This document shows, in pieces, positions 52,705 through 64,000 of a stretch of 64,000 nucleotides of DNA. The notes below the pieces were generated by a model that was given only the letters and a program-made list of their open reading frames with translations, was not told the origin of the DNA and made no database searches. Numbering within the stretch: the first letter of the stretch is position 1; the number at the start of each line of letters is the position of its first letter. Both the position numbers and the translations under genes were made by a program. The stretch is from assembly GCA_051362555.1 (NCBI GenBank), contig CM120646.1, positions 12,028,001 through 12,092,000 on the forward strand, read 5' to 3'. The DNA is from Lingula anatina. Lineage: Eukaryota > Animalia > Brachiopoda.

Positions 52705-55700
52705 CTAGAAAACGGAGAGAAAAGGTTTTTGAGAAATAGCGCACAGGTAATCGCTTTAACAGACAGTTAAATTGCGACGGACAGGAAACAGATTTCAGAA
52801 ATTTGGTAAGAACTGCAGCGAAAATTGACTCTTGTTTTAACAGTCTCGTATTAATCTACTGCGCTATGACAGCTTTATTGAATAAGTGTGACAGGAATGG
52901 CAGTCCGCCAGGACCGCCCCCCCCCCCATCACTTTGTACAGATGACATTTGTCCCATATCCTAACCCTAATATTCAGACTAACCCGAACCTGTACAAATC
53001 ATATTGGATCCCGGGCTTCCATTGTGAAGACTGCCACTTCTGACACACCGGCACTCAGATCGTTTAAGGGATAACTGTTCGTAAGATTTCCATATTTCAC
53101 AATAAATACATTGCAAACAACTCATAGAAATATAATAAATTCTATTTTACCACCAAAACGGCGGTTAACATAATTATTCTGGAATTTGTGTTTGCCATCA
53201 TATCACGTGACCTACATAGATGGCTACACTCTGTAACAATCTTTTAAGAGACTATTAGAACAAACCAAACTTTTTAGAAAAAAATAAGGGACTATTTTTG
53301 AATGTGGGAATGGATTCATTAACCACAGGTAATTAGGAGAAAATTTTTCTTTACCCCAGGAAAATTCTTTTTTTTTTTTTTTGCCAAAATGAACAGTTGT
53401 TATCCCTTTAAGTATTGTGCATGTACACCAAACTTCCTTTGAAAAAAAGCATACAAGCAAAATTATGTGTAAGGACACAATTCTGTATAATGAAAGAATT
53501 GTAATTCTACCTTGCCCATGCCCTTGGTCTTCACTGCATCCTTTCCATGATTTTGGTCGTTTTGCTTCTTTCCAGATTTATCAGCCATCTTCCCTTCTTT
53601 CTGGCTTTTCATTAATTTCTTGGCTTCTTTCTTTCGTATCTTCTCGGCCATTCTGCTCTTCGTCTTCTGAGAGTGTTGATCATGCACGCTGTATGGAGGA
53701 GGCAAGGCCCGAGCACCTTTTTTATCAAATGACGACCCAACAGGACTTCCAACAGCAGTGTTCTGGACCGGTATCGGTTTTTGTGTCTTTAATTTGTACA
53801 ACACTCCATCGGGACCAGCTTGATTTTGCTCATATGGCTCAATGGCATCAGTGATGGTTTCAAAAAGTTTTGGGCGAGATATTTCACTCAAGGACATCTC
53901 TGGGCAGTCGACGATGGCTTCCAACAAACTTACGTAGTCGCCTGCTACAGCGTTTGCTTCAGATCTCGTCAAAATATCGTAACTGTACGAGAGTTCAATG
54001 TGGTAAGGTTCTGAGGGGACGTTTTTCCAGAGAGCCATGCGGGTTTCCCACCAGCACCCAACTTGCTGCACCCGATAGATGTGTGTGCCAAATCTGCTAG
54101 CTGATTCGAATACAGGGGAGAAATCCCCAGCATCTTTCATCACGAGTAAGTGAGGGTAAGGGAATGTGGGCGATCCTCTAATATCTTCATGAATGCGGTG
54201 TGCAGGGTAAACACTGTGCTCGATGCACTGATTGATAATTTCTGCATTATTCCGGAGGAATTCCAAAATACTGCAGTCTTCTTCTTTGAATGAGGCTACG
54301 TACGGAATGTGATTGGCAAATGACGTCATTGGATTCTTCACGTCTTTCAGGTGGCTACGCAGGTCAACCACGCCGCCTACAGTGATGTAATGAGACTTGC
54401 AGTATTGATGCAGCAGGAGTTGGTATGCGCTCATGAAAAGTTTGAAGAGAGTGAGATTGTTGTCCTTTACAAATGTCGTTATTTTCTCCCACGTGCTTTC
54501 ACTGAAGTGCCGAAGGATATATGACCCATGTTTAGAAATGTGGTCCGTTGGTGGAAGGCTGCTTGGTAACCTAACTCTCAACGGTACGTCCTCAGGACAC
54601 AAACCTTTCCAAAACGCCGACAAGGTTTTTGATTGTCTTGCCAAAAAACTATCCATCGCCAGCGCCACCTGATGACCCGATGAGGTCAAAGAGGGCCGCG
54701 GTGATTTCTTCGCCTCCATTTTTGCCACGGTGACAGTTGGAAATTCGTTGAGAACGGCATTGATGGCTGTCATATCAAATACCATGTGGTGGAAAATGAA
54801 AGCAAAGTACTTGACATCAATTCGTTTCTTCAATATGACAACCCTCAGACCAGATTCTTTCTCAAAGTTCCATGGGGTCTTTATACACTCTGCCAGACGA
54901 GCTTCGCATTCATAAACGTTGTTGACTTCATACATGAAGTATGGTGGCTTGAATGTCTTTGCATCATGGGTCACGGCCTCCACCCCATACCTGGCACGAT
55001 CATTGGACCGGTACGTGGTTCTTAGAGCCGGGAGGCGCTTGTGCATATCATCAAGAACCTCTCTCATGAAATACAAGTCCCAGATACGCATTGTGTTCCT
55101 AAAACCCACGACATTCAACACGGAATAATCTGAAGGGTCCTCTAGGTACTTCATCCAGTAAGTGTACTCAGTAGGGCAGATGGATGGTATCTGGTCATCA
55201 AAGGACTTTTCGGTTAGCTCAACCTCTCCGCTGTCTTCGGCCTCACCAGCACCAAGATGCTCGTTGAGGTAGTTGGTGAGAGTAAGTGGGGTGGTGTCCT
55301 GGCCTATAATGATCACAACAGGGACCTTGACTTTGAGATCTTCGTTGAGCTTGCTGATAAGGGTCATAGCCAACATGGAGTCCATACCAAGCTCCATCAG
55401 TACGGAATCATCCTTCACGAATGATGGCTCCATGCTGAAGATTTCACTTAGTAGAAGTTTAAGGTACTTGAATATAATTGGCTGTCTCTTCTCTGGGGCC
55501 ATCTTCAGTAATTCGTCTATGTTGATTTGGAGTAACTGTCCACGCCCTCCTTCACCACCGCTTCTTTCCACATAATTCAAAGCAATCAGAGTCTTGAAGC
55601 GGCTGCGTATGTGACTGAAGTCCCCTTTCATGAGATCCTGGGTTATCCGTTTCCAGTTAAATTCGCCAAAGGTAATTTGGGTGTGATTGGTACACAGACA

Positions 55701-58700
55701 GTGTTCAAAGCAACGTAGGATGTCAGGTACATCCAGGGCTGGCCAGCCTTGGTTGGCCAATTTCTTCCTGAGGGCCTCGTTATCCTTAAGCATGCCAATG
55801 CTTAGAGCTGTCCAGTTGATGGTTTGGCCTGCCAGGTTGAGTTGCCGGCGGTAGTGAGCAAACGTGTCCATGAATGAGTTCCCTGCTGCATAATTTGTCT
55901 GCCCAGCATTACCCAAGGATGACGCTGTAGACGAGTGCATAACAAAGTAATCCAAGTCCATGTCCTTCGTGAGTACATGTAGGTTTAATGTACCTACAAT
56001 CTTTGGGTTGGTGACTCTCTGAAACTGCTCCTGGGTCATTTTCACCAACAGCCCATCGTCCAATACTGCGCCTCCATGGAAGACTCCCTTCAGATGAACT
56101 CCTGGAAGTTTTGTAGCCATATCGTTGAAGGCGTTACGTAGTGACGTCATATCACTGACATCTGCTTGCAGACACACAACTTTGGACTTATATGTGTCTT
56201 CTAGTTCGCTTATCTCATAGACCATTTCCTCTGATGGCTGTCGTCTTGATACTGGCAGGATGTATCCAGCACCTCTCTCGGCCATAAAGCGAACTATTTC
56301 CCACCCTAGACCAGTGAGACCACCTATCACCATGTAACTGCAATCTGGTCGGAAAAGTTCGCCTTTCCCTGTTTGGACAGGAAGGGGTACTTGGACACCA
56401 TCCTTTCGTATGGAGAAGACACACACTGTCTTGGAATCACAGGTCAAATTGTGACTGGGTGTTTTGGAAGTTGATCGCACTTCCTTGGCTGATAATTCCA
56501 ATGGTTCTACTTTGAACCCAAGCTTCGATAATTTGGTTGTCTTTTCAAGCCACTTTGCAAACTTATCGTGGTGCTGTTTTAGGTTAACGGGGGTGAAAAA
56601 CTCCCTGAGACTGACTGAGTGTACTATGGCTTCAGGGACAGCATGACTCAAATCCAGCTTGTATCCGGGCTTGGCCCACTCTTGTAAAATTACAATCGTG
56701 GCAGAACCTTGGATTGCTCGGGACAAGGCCTCTGTTTCTCTGATATCCAATGCTGTGAGAAGAACGATAAAAGGCTCTGGGTCAGCAATCTTTGACTCTG
56801 TAAGGTCGGAAGGATGCAGGATAAAAGTGGGCCGGTGTTCTGCGCTGCCCATCATGCATACAGTGTGAGTCATCATAGATTGGGTTGACCTACTTATCAC
56901 AGTTACTGGTCTCTTGTGCAGTCGGATCTTCTTTAATATGTACCAACTGATCATTATTTGAGGCAGAAAATGCTTCAAGTGTTCCTTGTATGGAGGAAGC
57001 TTCAGAAGACACCATTCAGGTACAATCACAGAGGAATGAACAGATGTTGGGTACAGTGTAACTACGGATTCGCTTACTTGGAATTTGGATTTCTTCTGGT
57101 TTCCTATAGCTTGGACTTCGCCAGTCATACTAAGGGAAATGACGTCATGGCCTTCGATGTCATCCTTGGACCAGACTTTTTCTTTGTTTGTCATGCCGTC
57201 TATGGTAACAGGAAAGAATGGCTCGGGGTGAATGAGTGCGGTATCAACTGTCAGTTTCACCATCCCTGATGCTGGGATTTTCTCTGTGCGTTGTTTAGTG
57301 TCATAGCGACAGTGCAGGTTTCGATAAGCATTGTTGCTTGCAGACACAAGTCTGACTTCACACCCTGGGTAGACAATGTTCTCTCGTCGGTGGACTGCGT
57401 TTTTGTCATCACTGTGTTGGACAAATTCATTCCAGTAGATACTTTTGTCAGAGATCATCATCTCGCAGACATTTTCTTGGAGGATTTTATTCAAGACGCT
57501 GCCGAATTTGCTGATCTCAGTTTCATTACCATGGAGAAGGTCTATAACTTTGATGTGATTATACGTAAACTCCTTTAACAGGCAGCGTGTGAAGCCCCTT
57601 ACCTGTGAACCAATCGGATTTGGTATACTGTTTTCGAATTTTTTTAGCTCAGACGGAATTCCATTGACAGCATTCATAATCTGAGTCCCTTGCGTGAGAA
57701 CCAAGATGGGGATGTTCATCTCTGACGTCACAAGCGCTTTCACAAGCTGACGCAAGCTTGCTGAGCCGTACTGTATCGCAAAGTCGATGACCTCAGGAGA
57801 AAAACTGAGTTGATGGTTTTGATAGCTCCACATGTGTATGATTACTTCTACAGTTGAAAGTGCATCATCAGAGACTCTCTCTTTCAGGAGTTTTGCCATG
57901 GTTTCCTCATCATGAAGAAGTACTGCAGCAGGGCAGCTATCCGGCTGAAAAAATATTGAATCAGTGGCAACATGATCTTTAATGGCTTGCCATGCATTTT
58001 CTTTGTCACAGAAGACGAGGGCTTTTGGTCTGGCGACAGGTGACAGAGAAACATTGCTATCGCTGCTACGACTGTCTTGTCTCTCCATTCCAGGATCAGC
58101 TTCAACATCCACATCATTGAGCGACTCATCACTACTGTTCATCTTTTTATCTTCAGCCAAAGAAAAATGCCTCCATTTTTCTGTATAGGTCAAGACGTCT
58201 TCTACAGATTTATACTGTGTGACAGCTTTAGCAACAGAATTGCGGATCTCAACCAGAACGTCTCCATTGTCATCAACCATACACACATTGTATTTCACCT
58301 CCTCCCTAGTGAAGTACAGTTTCCTGACGTAGGCCCAACACTCTCTCTTAGGGGGATGGCGGACAATGATGCTGCCCAAACCACGTGGCAAGACTTGACC
58401 GTACTCTTCCTGGTTACCTGTGTCACTGGTGTCTGCTTCGGCCAGTGCCCTATCTTTCTCCATGGCGGCGAGCATACCCCCTGCCTGCTGCATGATATCA
58501 ATCAGTGCTGGGTGCATGATAGTGGTGTATACGTCCTCAAGCAAAACATCCGGGATGCGTATCTTGGCTAGGTATTCTTCAGTATTCCTCACTCCGGACC
58601 CCAGGCCTCTAAACGACGGACCATAGTCGAACCCATAGTCGGACAGCATCCCGTAGATGTCTTGTGACGTAGTTTTAACCAGGCACCTCTCTCTTACGCC

Positions 58701-61700
58701 GTCCATGTCTATCTTCTTGAGTACCTCTGTGTATTCGTTTACCGTGATGGTGCCGGTCGCGTGAACCGCGTGGCCGTTTCTTGATGTTACCTTGTACTTG
58801 TATTGTTCGATGATCTGTCCGTCTTGTGGTTGACCTTCGGGCTTGACTACTTCCAAAACAACCCTCAGGTTAACTGGGTCATCAGACGTCAAAACAATGG
58901 GGGAGACGAACTCCACACTGAGGCGTATGTGATCGGTAGGAAAACGAAACTGTGTCATCGTCATATAAGCAGCATACCCCACTTCAATGTGGAACACCCC
59001 TGGTACGACGATTGTCCCGCCGACGGTATGGTCATACAAGAAGGGAGTCGTTTCTTTGCTGATGACAACCTTGAACTCTGTGTCTGTCCCTGGGAGAGAC
59101 CCTAGGAAGGGGTGAGTCCCACCTCCCGTTCCACCACCTTGAAGGTTCAGCCTTGCCTTCTCAGGGATGAACAAGGTCTTGGAGCGGTTGAAATGATATT
59201 TGGGGACGTCGGCAGGTGGGACTTCTAGGCCTTTATAATAAGAACTCCAGCTAGGGTCGACTCCAGTTTGGTAGAGTTGGCACAGGGTTTCCAGCATGCA
59301 TGGGTGCTCGTTTTTCGGTTTAGTTGTTGGAAACGACACGTGGGCGGCGCTCCCTGCTGTCTCGGCTATGTTAGCACGGAGAGCTGGCCTGGGGCCGATC
59401 TCAATGAAGACGTTGGTGTCTGTTTCGCTGACCACTTTCTCAATGGCTTGTTGAAACATCACAGCTTGGCGAACGTTGCGGGACCAGTAGTCTCCTGTGA
59501 CAAAGTCCCTTTCCGAGCCCATATCTCCAGTGACTGTGGAGGCAATAGGTATCTTGATATCACTCCCTTTTATCTCCGCCAGGGACTCTATTAGGGGTGC
59601 TACAATGGGCTCCATGTGGTGGCTGTGAAATGCAGAAGACACCTTAAGCTCACGAAGGAAAAGCTTCTCACTTCTCTCAGCACTCTTAGATTGTAATTCC
59701 CTGTGTAATTCATCTATGGCGTCATCGTCTCCGGAAACTGTACACGAAGTAGCGCTGTTGTATGCTGCAATGTTGACCTGTCCTGGGTACTTCTTGCACA
59801 GCTCTTCCACTTCTTCAACAGGGATTTTCCCAGCGACTAACATCTTGCCCCCCGTGACCATCTTCTGCAGGCGCCCGCGATGATATATGACCGTTACTGC
59901 TTCTTTTATTGGAAGGGCACCGGCCACGCATGCTGCCGCAACTTCACCGACTGAATGCCCCACAATGGCAGCTGGCTTTATTCCCCAATGCATCCACAGT
60001 TCTGCCTGGGCTACCTGGCATGCAAATATCATCGGCTGGGCAATGTCTGGCTGGTCAAAACCTTCATGGTCTCTGAATTTCTGCATAACAGACCACCCCG
60101 ATAATTCGAACAGATATTGATCGATTTCGTCCATCTTTTGGCGGAATATTGGTTCCTTTGCATACAGGTCGAGACACATCCCTTCCCAGTGAGTCCCCAT
60201 GCCGCAGAACACGAAGATTATCTTCTTATCATTCCCGTCTACCGTGGGGCTGCTTGGTGGGTAATTGGATGCTGCCTCAAGCTTCTCTATCATTTCTTCC
60301 ATAGAAGAGGCCGCTTTTGCTACTCTGAAATTGTAGTGTGTTCTACGGCAAGTGGAAGTGTAAGCGACTTCGTTTAAAGTATACTGCCCTGTGCGAAGCC
60401 GCTCAACCAGGTGCGTGAGCGTCCCTTGGGTTGAACCCTCGCTGGTCCCCGAGACGGCAACAATGTAGGTCCGGTCGTCGCCATGCTCTGGTTTCTCGTT
60501 CAAATGCTCACGCACGATAGCATGGCCGTTCGTCCCTCCAAAACCAAAAGAATTCACACAACACATGCGGTAACCTTTGGGAGAGGGGGGCCAGTCTGTG
60601 ACCTCAGTTGGGACTTTCATGCGAATCTCATCGAAATTGATCTTGGGGTTGCCCCTCTCTGGAGTGTAATGAAGAGACGGTGCAATCTTCCCTGCCCTCA
60701 TCATCAAGAGGACTTTGATCAACCCAGCGCACCCGGCAGCGGATTCAAGATGGCCGATGTTGGTTTTGACGGACCCGACGAAGAGCGGGAGGTCGTCCTC
60801 CTTGCGTGATTTACCCAGCACCTTACCCAGAGCGTTGACTTCGATGGGATCTCCTATTGGTGTCCCTGTGCCTGGAATAGAATTAGTTTATGCCAACAAA
60901 TTCTAATAAAAACACAAAATGTGCGTTTCGCCCTTTCCTGATTATTTTGCATTTCTATTTGCCTGTGTTTCATAAAGTTGTTAAAAAACAAAAAGATATG
61001 GCATATCTCACTTGACGAATATAACGACAAGAAAAGCGTCGAGATGTTTGTAAACAAGCTTTTTTGAGTCAGTAGGCTGCAAGGATCGTGTTAGTTTACG
61101 TCGCTTACTCTCTCTTTCTTATGTGTGTGTGTGTGTGTGCGTGTGTGTGTGAGTGCATGCACACGTGCGCGTGTACATGTAGGCCCCCTATGTGTGCAAG
61201 CCACACGCATGTGTTTGCGTTAGTGTGTGTGTGTTGCTTAAAGCTGATGACTGCATGCAACGTGGGTTTATTTCATGCGTATGTATTCATGCATATGTGT
61301 AGACTTACCATGCGCCTCGGCATACTGCAGCTCAGCAGGGTCCACTTGGTACTTGCCATAGATGTGTTTCAGTAGTGTCTCCTGCTGGCTGGCAGATGGC
61401 GCTGAGATCGGCACAGCAGTGTGACCGTCCTGGTTCAGTGCCGTCCCTACCACAGCCCATATGTGGTCGTGATCGTGGAGAGCCTGAAATTCATTTATCG
61501 CACATTTTCGAGACATTGAAAAGAAAAGTGTTTCTTTATGTTAATAATTCTGAGGGCCTGTAAACCATAAATGGGTCGAGTGAAAGTAAATGTTGAATTT
61601 GACTGTACTTCAAAGCTTGACTTCAAAGTCATGCAAACAAAGTGACCAAGTGAATTTAATTTTAATAATTTTCACAATACACCAGGGTGCAGGGTTTTTT

Positions 61701-64000
61701 CACACTGCAAGCTAACAATATATTAAAATAAGTACTGCTACATGTACATGTACCTGCGTCTTATATGAAAAGGTGATTCTTGTATAGGACTATGATTTAC
61801 ACAATGATGAACCATCTTTACGTTATTCAGACCATTTATGGATTATGTGCGTGCATGTAGCCTATATTTGTTTAAATACCATGGACCGAAAGGCCATGTT
61901 ATGAATAAATGATTGAAGGAATGCTTAATTACTATATACCTGAAAAACCATATTCAAATACATAACAGTATGCTAATCACTGTGGTACTATAGGCACACA
62001 AAAACGCAAATTACATTCATTTTTTTTTGTTGTTGTTGTTTAAAGAAAGGAAAGACAGAAAATTGTAAAACTCACATCTTTCAGTCTCTTCATGATAACC
62101 ATGCCGCAGCCTTCTCCTCTAGCGTACCCATCCGCGTCTGCGCAGAAAGCCTGGCATTGTCCTTTGGCCGACATCATTTTGGCACGACACAGGGGAACGA
62201 AGTTTTCCGGCGTCATGATGAGGTTACATCCCCCTGCTATTGCCATTGTACACTCACCTGCGAGAGAAGAGGGAAGAAATTGGAAAGGCATTTATTTGTG
62301 ATGAAAATATAATGGCAAATCACCTAATTACAGGTGTTAGCTTTCCAGTATTTATTGGATTATTTAATAAATTCAAACGGGCCATTTTTCTTTTCCATTA
62401 CGCAAGACTCTAGAACGTTCTGTAGAATATTTTTCGATATCAGCTCAGATAGATTTGAAAATCTAAAAGAAAACCTGTCAAAATGTAGAGAAATATTGCT
62501 AATATACACAGTTCATACATTCAAGACTTTTTCGTTTATCTTCTAAACAATTGTGCGACCTGATGCCGCATGACCTAGCAGAGGAAGACGTCAATTCCGC
62601 AAAATCTAAGCTCCCCTTAAAATACTGTGGCAATACCTTGTAAAAAAATAATGCTGCTTACCTGTTCTCAGAGCTTGCGCGGCGAGATGCAGTGCCACCA
62701 TAGCCGAGGAACAGGCCGTGTCCACACACAGCGACGGTCCCTGGAGGTTGAAGGTGAAGGACACACGATTGGCGGCAATGCTGTTGGAACTGCCTGTAGG
62801 GGCGTGGTGATTGATCTCTACCAGGTCCGCGTTCACGAGGGCGCTGTAGTCGCTGTTCATGATGCCTGGAGTATTGAAATTTATATTTCATCCATCCCTC
62901 ACTTGTCGAGTTAGAAGTTTATGGTCAGAGGATTTAATCCCTTATAAATCATTGTTTTATTAGCGACTTAAAAAACCTTAATTTTAATTACATATGTAAA
63001 ATTGTATAAAGCTAGTTAAAAGGAACTTTAATTTACGACCCTTTATACTGACAGTTAAAGAAAATAAGAGTTCCTCTTGATGATTCATTATTAGTTAAAC
63101 CATTTAAGAAGCATATTTTAATTTTACTATAAGTGACAATCGTTTTTTAAATAAAGATCCAAATTATTTAATTTTTAAGGTGTTATTGATGTAATCGGTT
63201 CATTGGTTTGAATCATTCTACCCTGACATGTATTTAAATTGTATTTAAAAAAGCCTTTTATAATTTTTTTATTCAGTTTTCAGGGGCGTAACCAGGCATA
63301 CGCACGGATGCACTGTGCGTACAATTTTTTGAGCCAACCATGATATTATTCTCCATTAATTTAGTGTATTTTTCAAGGAATATAATCGTACCTGGGAATT
63401 TTCAAAATCTATGCGTACAATTTTTAAAGGTCTGGTTACGCCTCTGGTTTTCTTCAACCAGCTTATTCAAATATGCTCACCAAGGTACACGCCCGTAGTG
63501 CTACCAAATATGTCCTCCCGAGTGATTCCTGCATTCTCTAGGGCCATATAGACACATTCCAGCACCATCGCCTGCTGGGGGTCCATACGCTCCGCCTCGG
63601 CGTCGTTGATCATGAAGAAGCGGTTGTCCCAGGCGTCGTGACTGTAAAATTTGAATATATACAGGAATTAACAAATCGTTTTACAATTGAACAGTTTCGT
63701 TCTTACGAGGATATTTATTTGACGGGATTTTTTGAAGTTGTTTTCAAATTATTTTGAGTTTTTTTTTTCAAATCTAGATACATAAACATTCCCCACAATT
63801 TTCTAGCTTAGTGATTATTTTACCTTCAAAATTTGAAGAAATTTTAATGGGAATTTTTATTTATTCATCCATAATATATGGATATATAAATTTACTTATC
63901 TACATATTTGTTTGTTTATTTGATTTGAGTATACAAAATACATTTTCATGTTACTGTAAAAGATACTCACTGCTGAACAAATGCCGCTTGCTTCACGTAA
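51539..64000 (-). CDS. Type I animal polyketide synthase, KS-AT-DH-psiKR-psiER-KR-ACP-C(condensation)-PH-like; 5' end outside the window (~2860 aa visible)
   Basis: Phase-consistent exons: >64000-63971, 63641-63481 (MDPQQ), 62865-62662 (KS DTACSS), 62257-62076 (DGYARGEG), 61483-61309 (EAHG), 60871-53511, 52704-52551, 52070-51888 and 51672-51539. Motifs: KS HGTGT and KTNIGH; AT GHSVG (~59950) and AFHS; [12 protein letters not shown] and HPALID; KR GGLTGLG, VLDD and GQTNYAAGN; ACP LGMDS (55377-55388); C domain HHMVFD (54774-54791). Confidence 0.95.
51757..51801. repeat. (AATAC)n pentanucleotide microsatellite in the last PKS intron
   Basis: Directly visible. Confidence 0.85.
63281..63446. mobile_element. 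Short MITE (hAT-like) in a PKS intron, candidate 5 bp TSD gtttt
   Basis: gtttt|caggggcgtaaccag ... ctggttacgcctctg|gtttt. Confidence 0.75.

Noticed and set aside
53463-60821. The 2452 aa ORF as a complete or bacterial (contaminant) PKS gene
   Set aside because: It begins mid-KS. The KS active-site Cys lies in upstream spliceosomal exons, and the C-terminus continues in downstream exons.
53417-60906. Many short plus-strand ORFs
   Set aside because: They are antisense shadows of the PKS exon with no recognisable motifs.
51539-64000. Calling the gene fatty acid synthase (FASN)
   Set aside because: It has no TE, a degenerate ER and a terminal C domain, and it uses GHSVG/DTACSS in a PKS-like context.

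Overview
AT-rich, intron- and microsatellite-rich animal genomic DNA, probably from an invertebrate; the taxon cannot be determined from this window. Splicing by hand at GT-AG sites gives five protein-coding genes with consistent reading frames. (1-2) A tail-to-tail pair of paralogous secreted Ig-domain genes (933-2530 +, 3075-4855 -). (3) A three-exon Mox/Meox homeobox gene (8584-30192 -). (4) An 11-exon Ldh_2-family oxidoreductase (37386-49377 -), whose introns hold a tRNA-headed RTE LINE and a nested stack of DNA transposons. (5) A 5'-truncated type I polyketide synthase (51539->64000 -). The most interesting item is the PKS. Its architecture is KS-AT-DH-pseudoKR-degenerate ER-KR-ACP, with no thioesterase. 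It continues into an NRPS-type condensation domain (HHMVFD), and three small downstream exons largely missed by the ORF track add a PH-like domain. This suggests a membrane-targeted animal PKS that offloads its chain by condensation. It lies about 2 kb upstream of the co-oriented Ldh_2 reductase.
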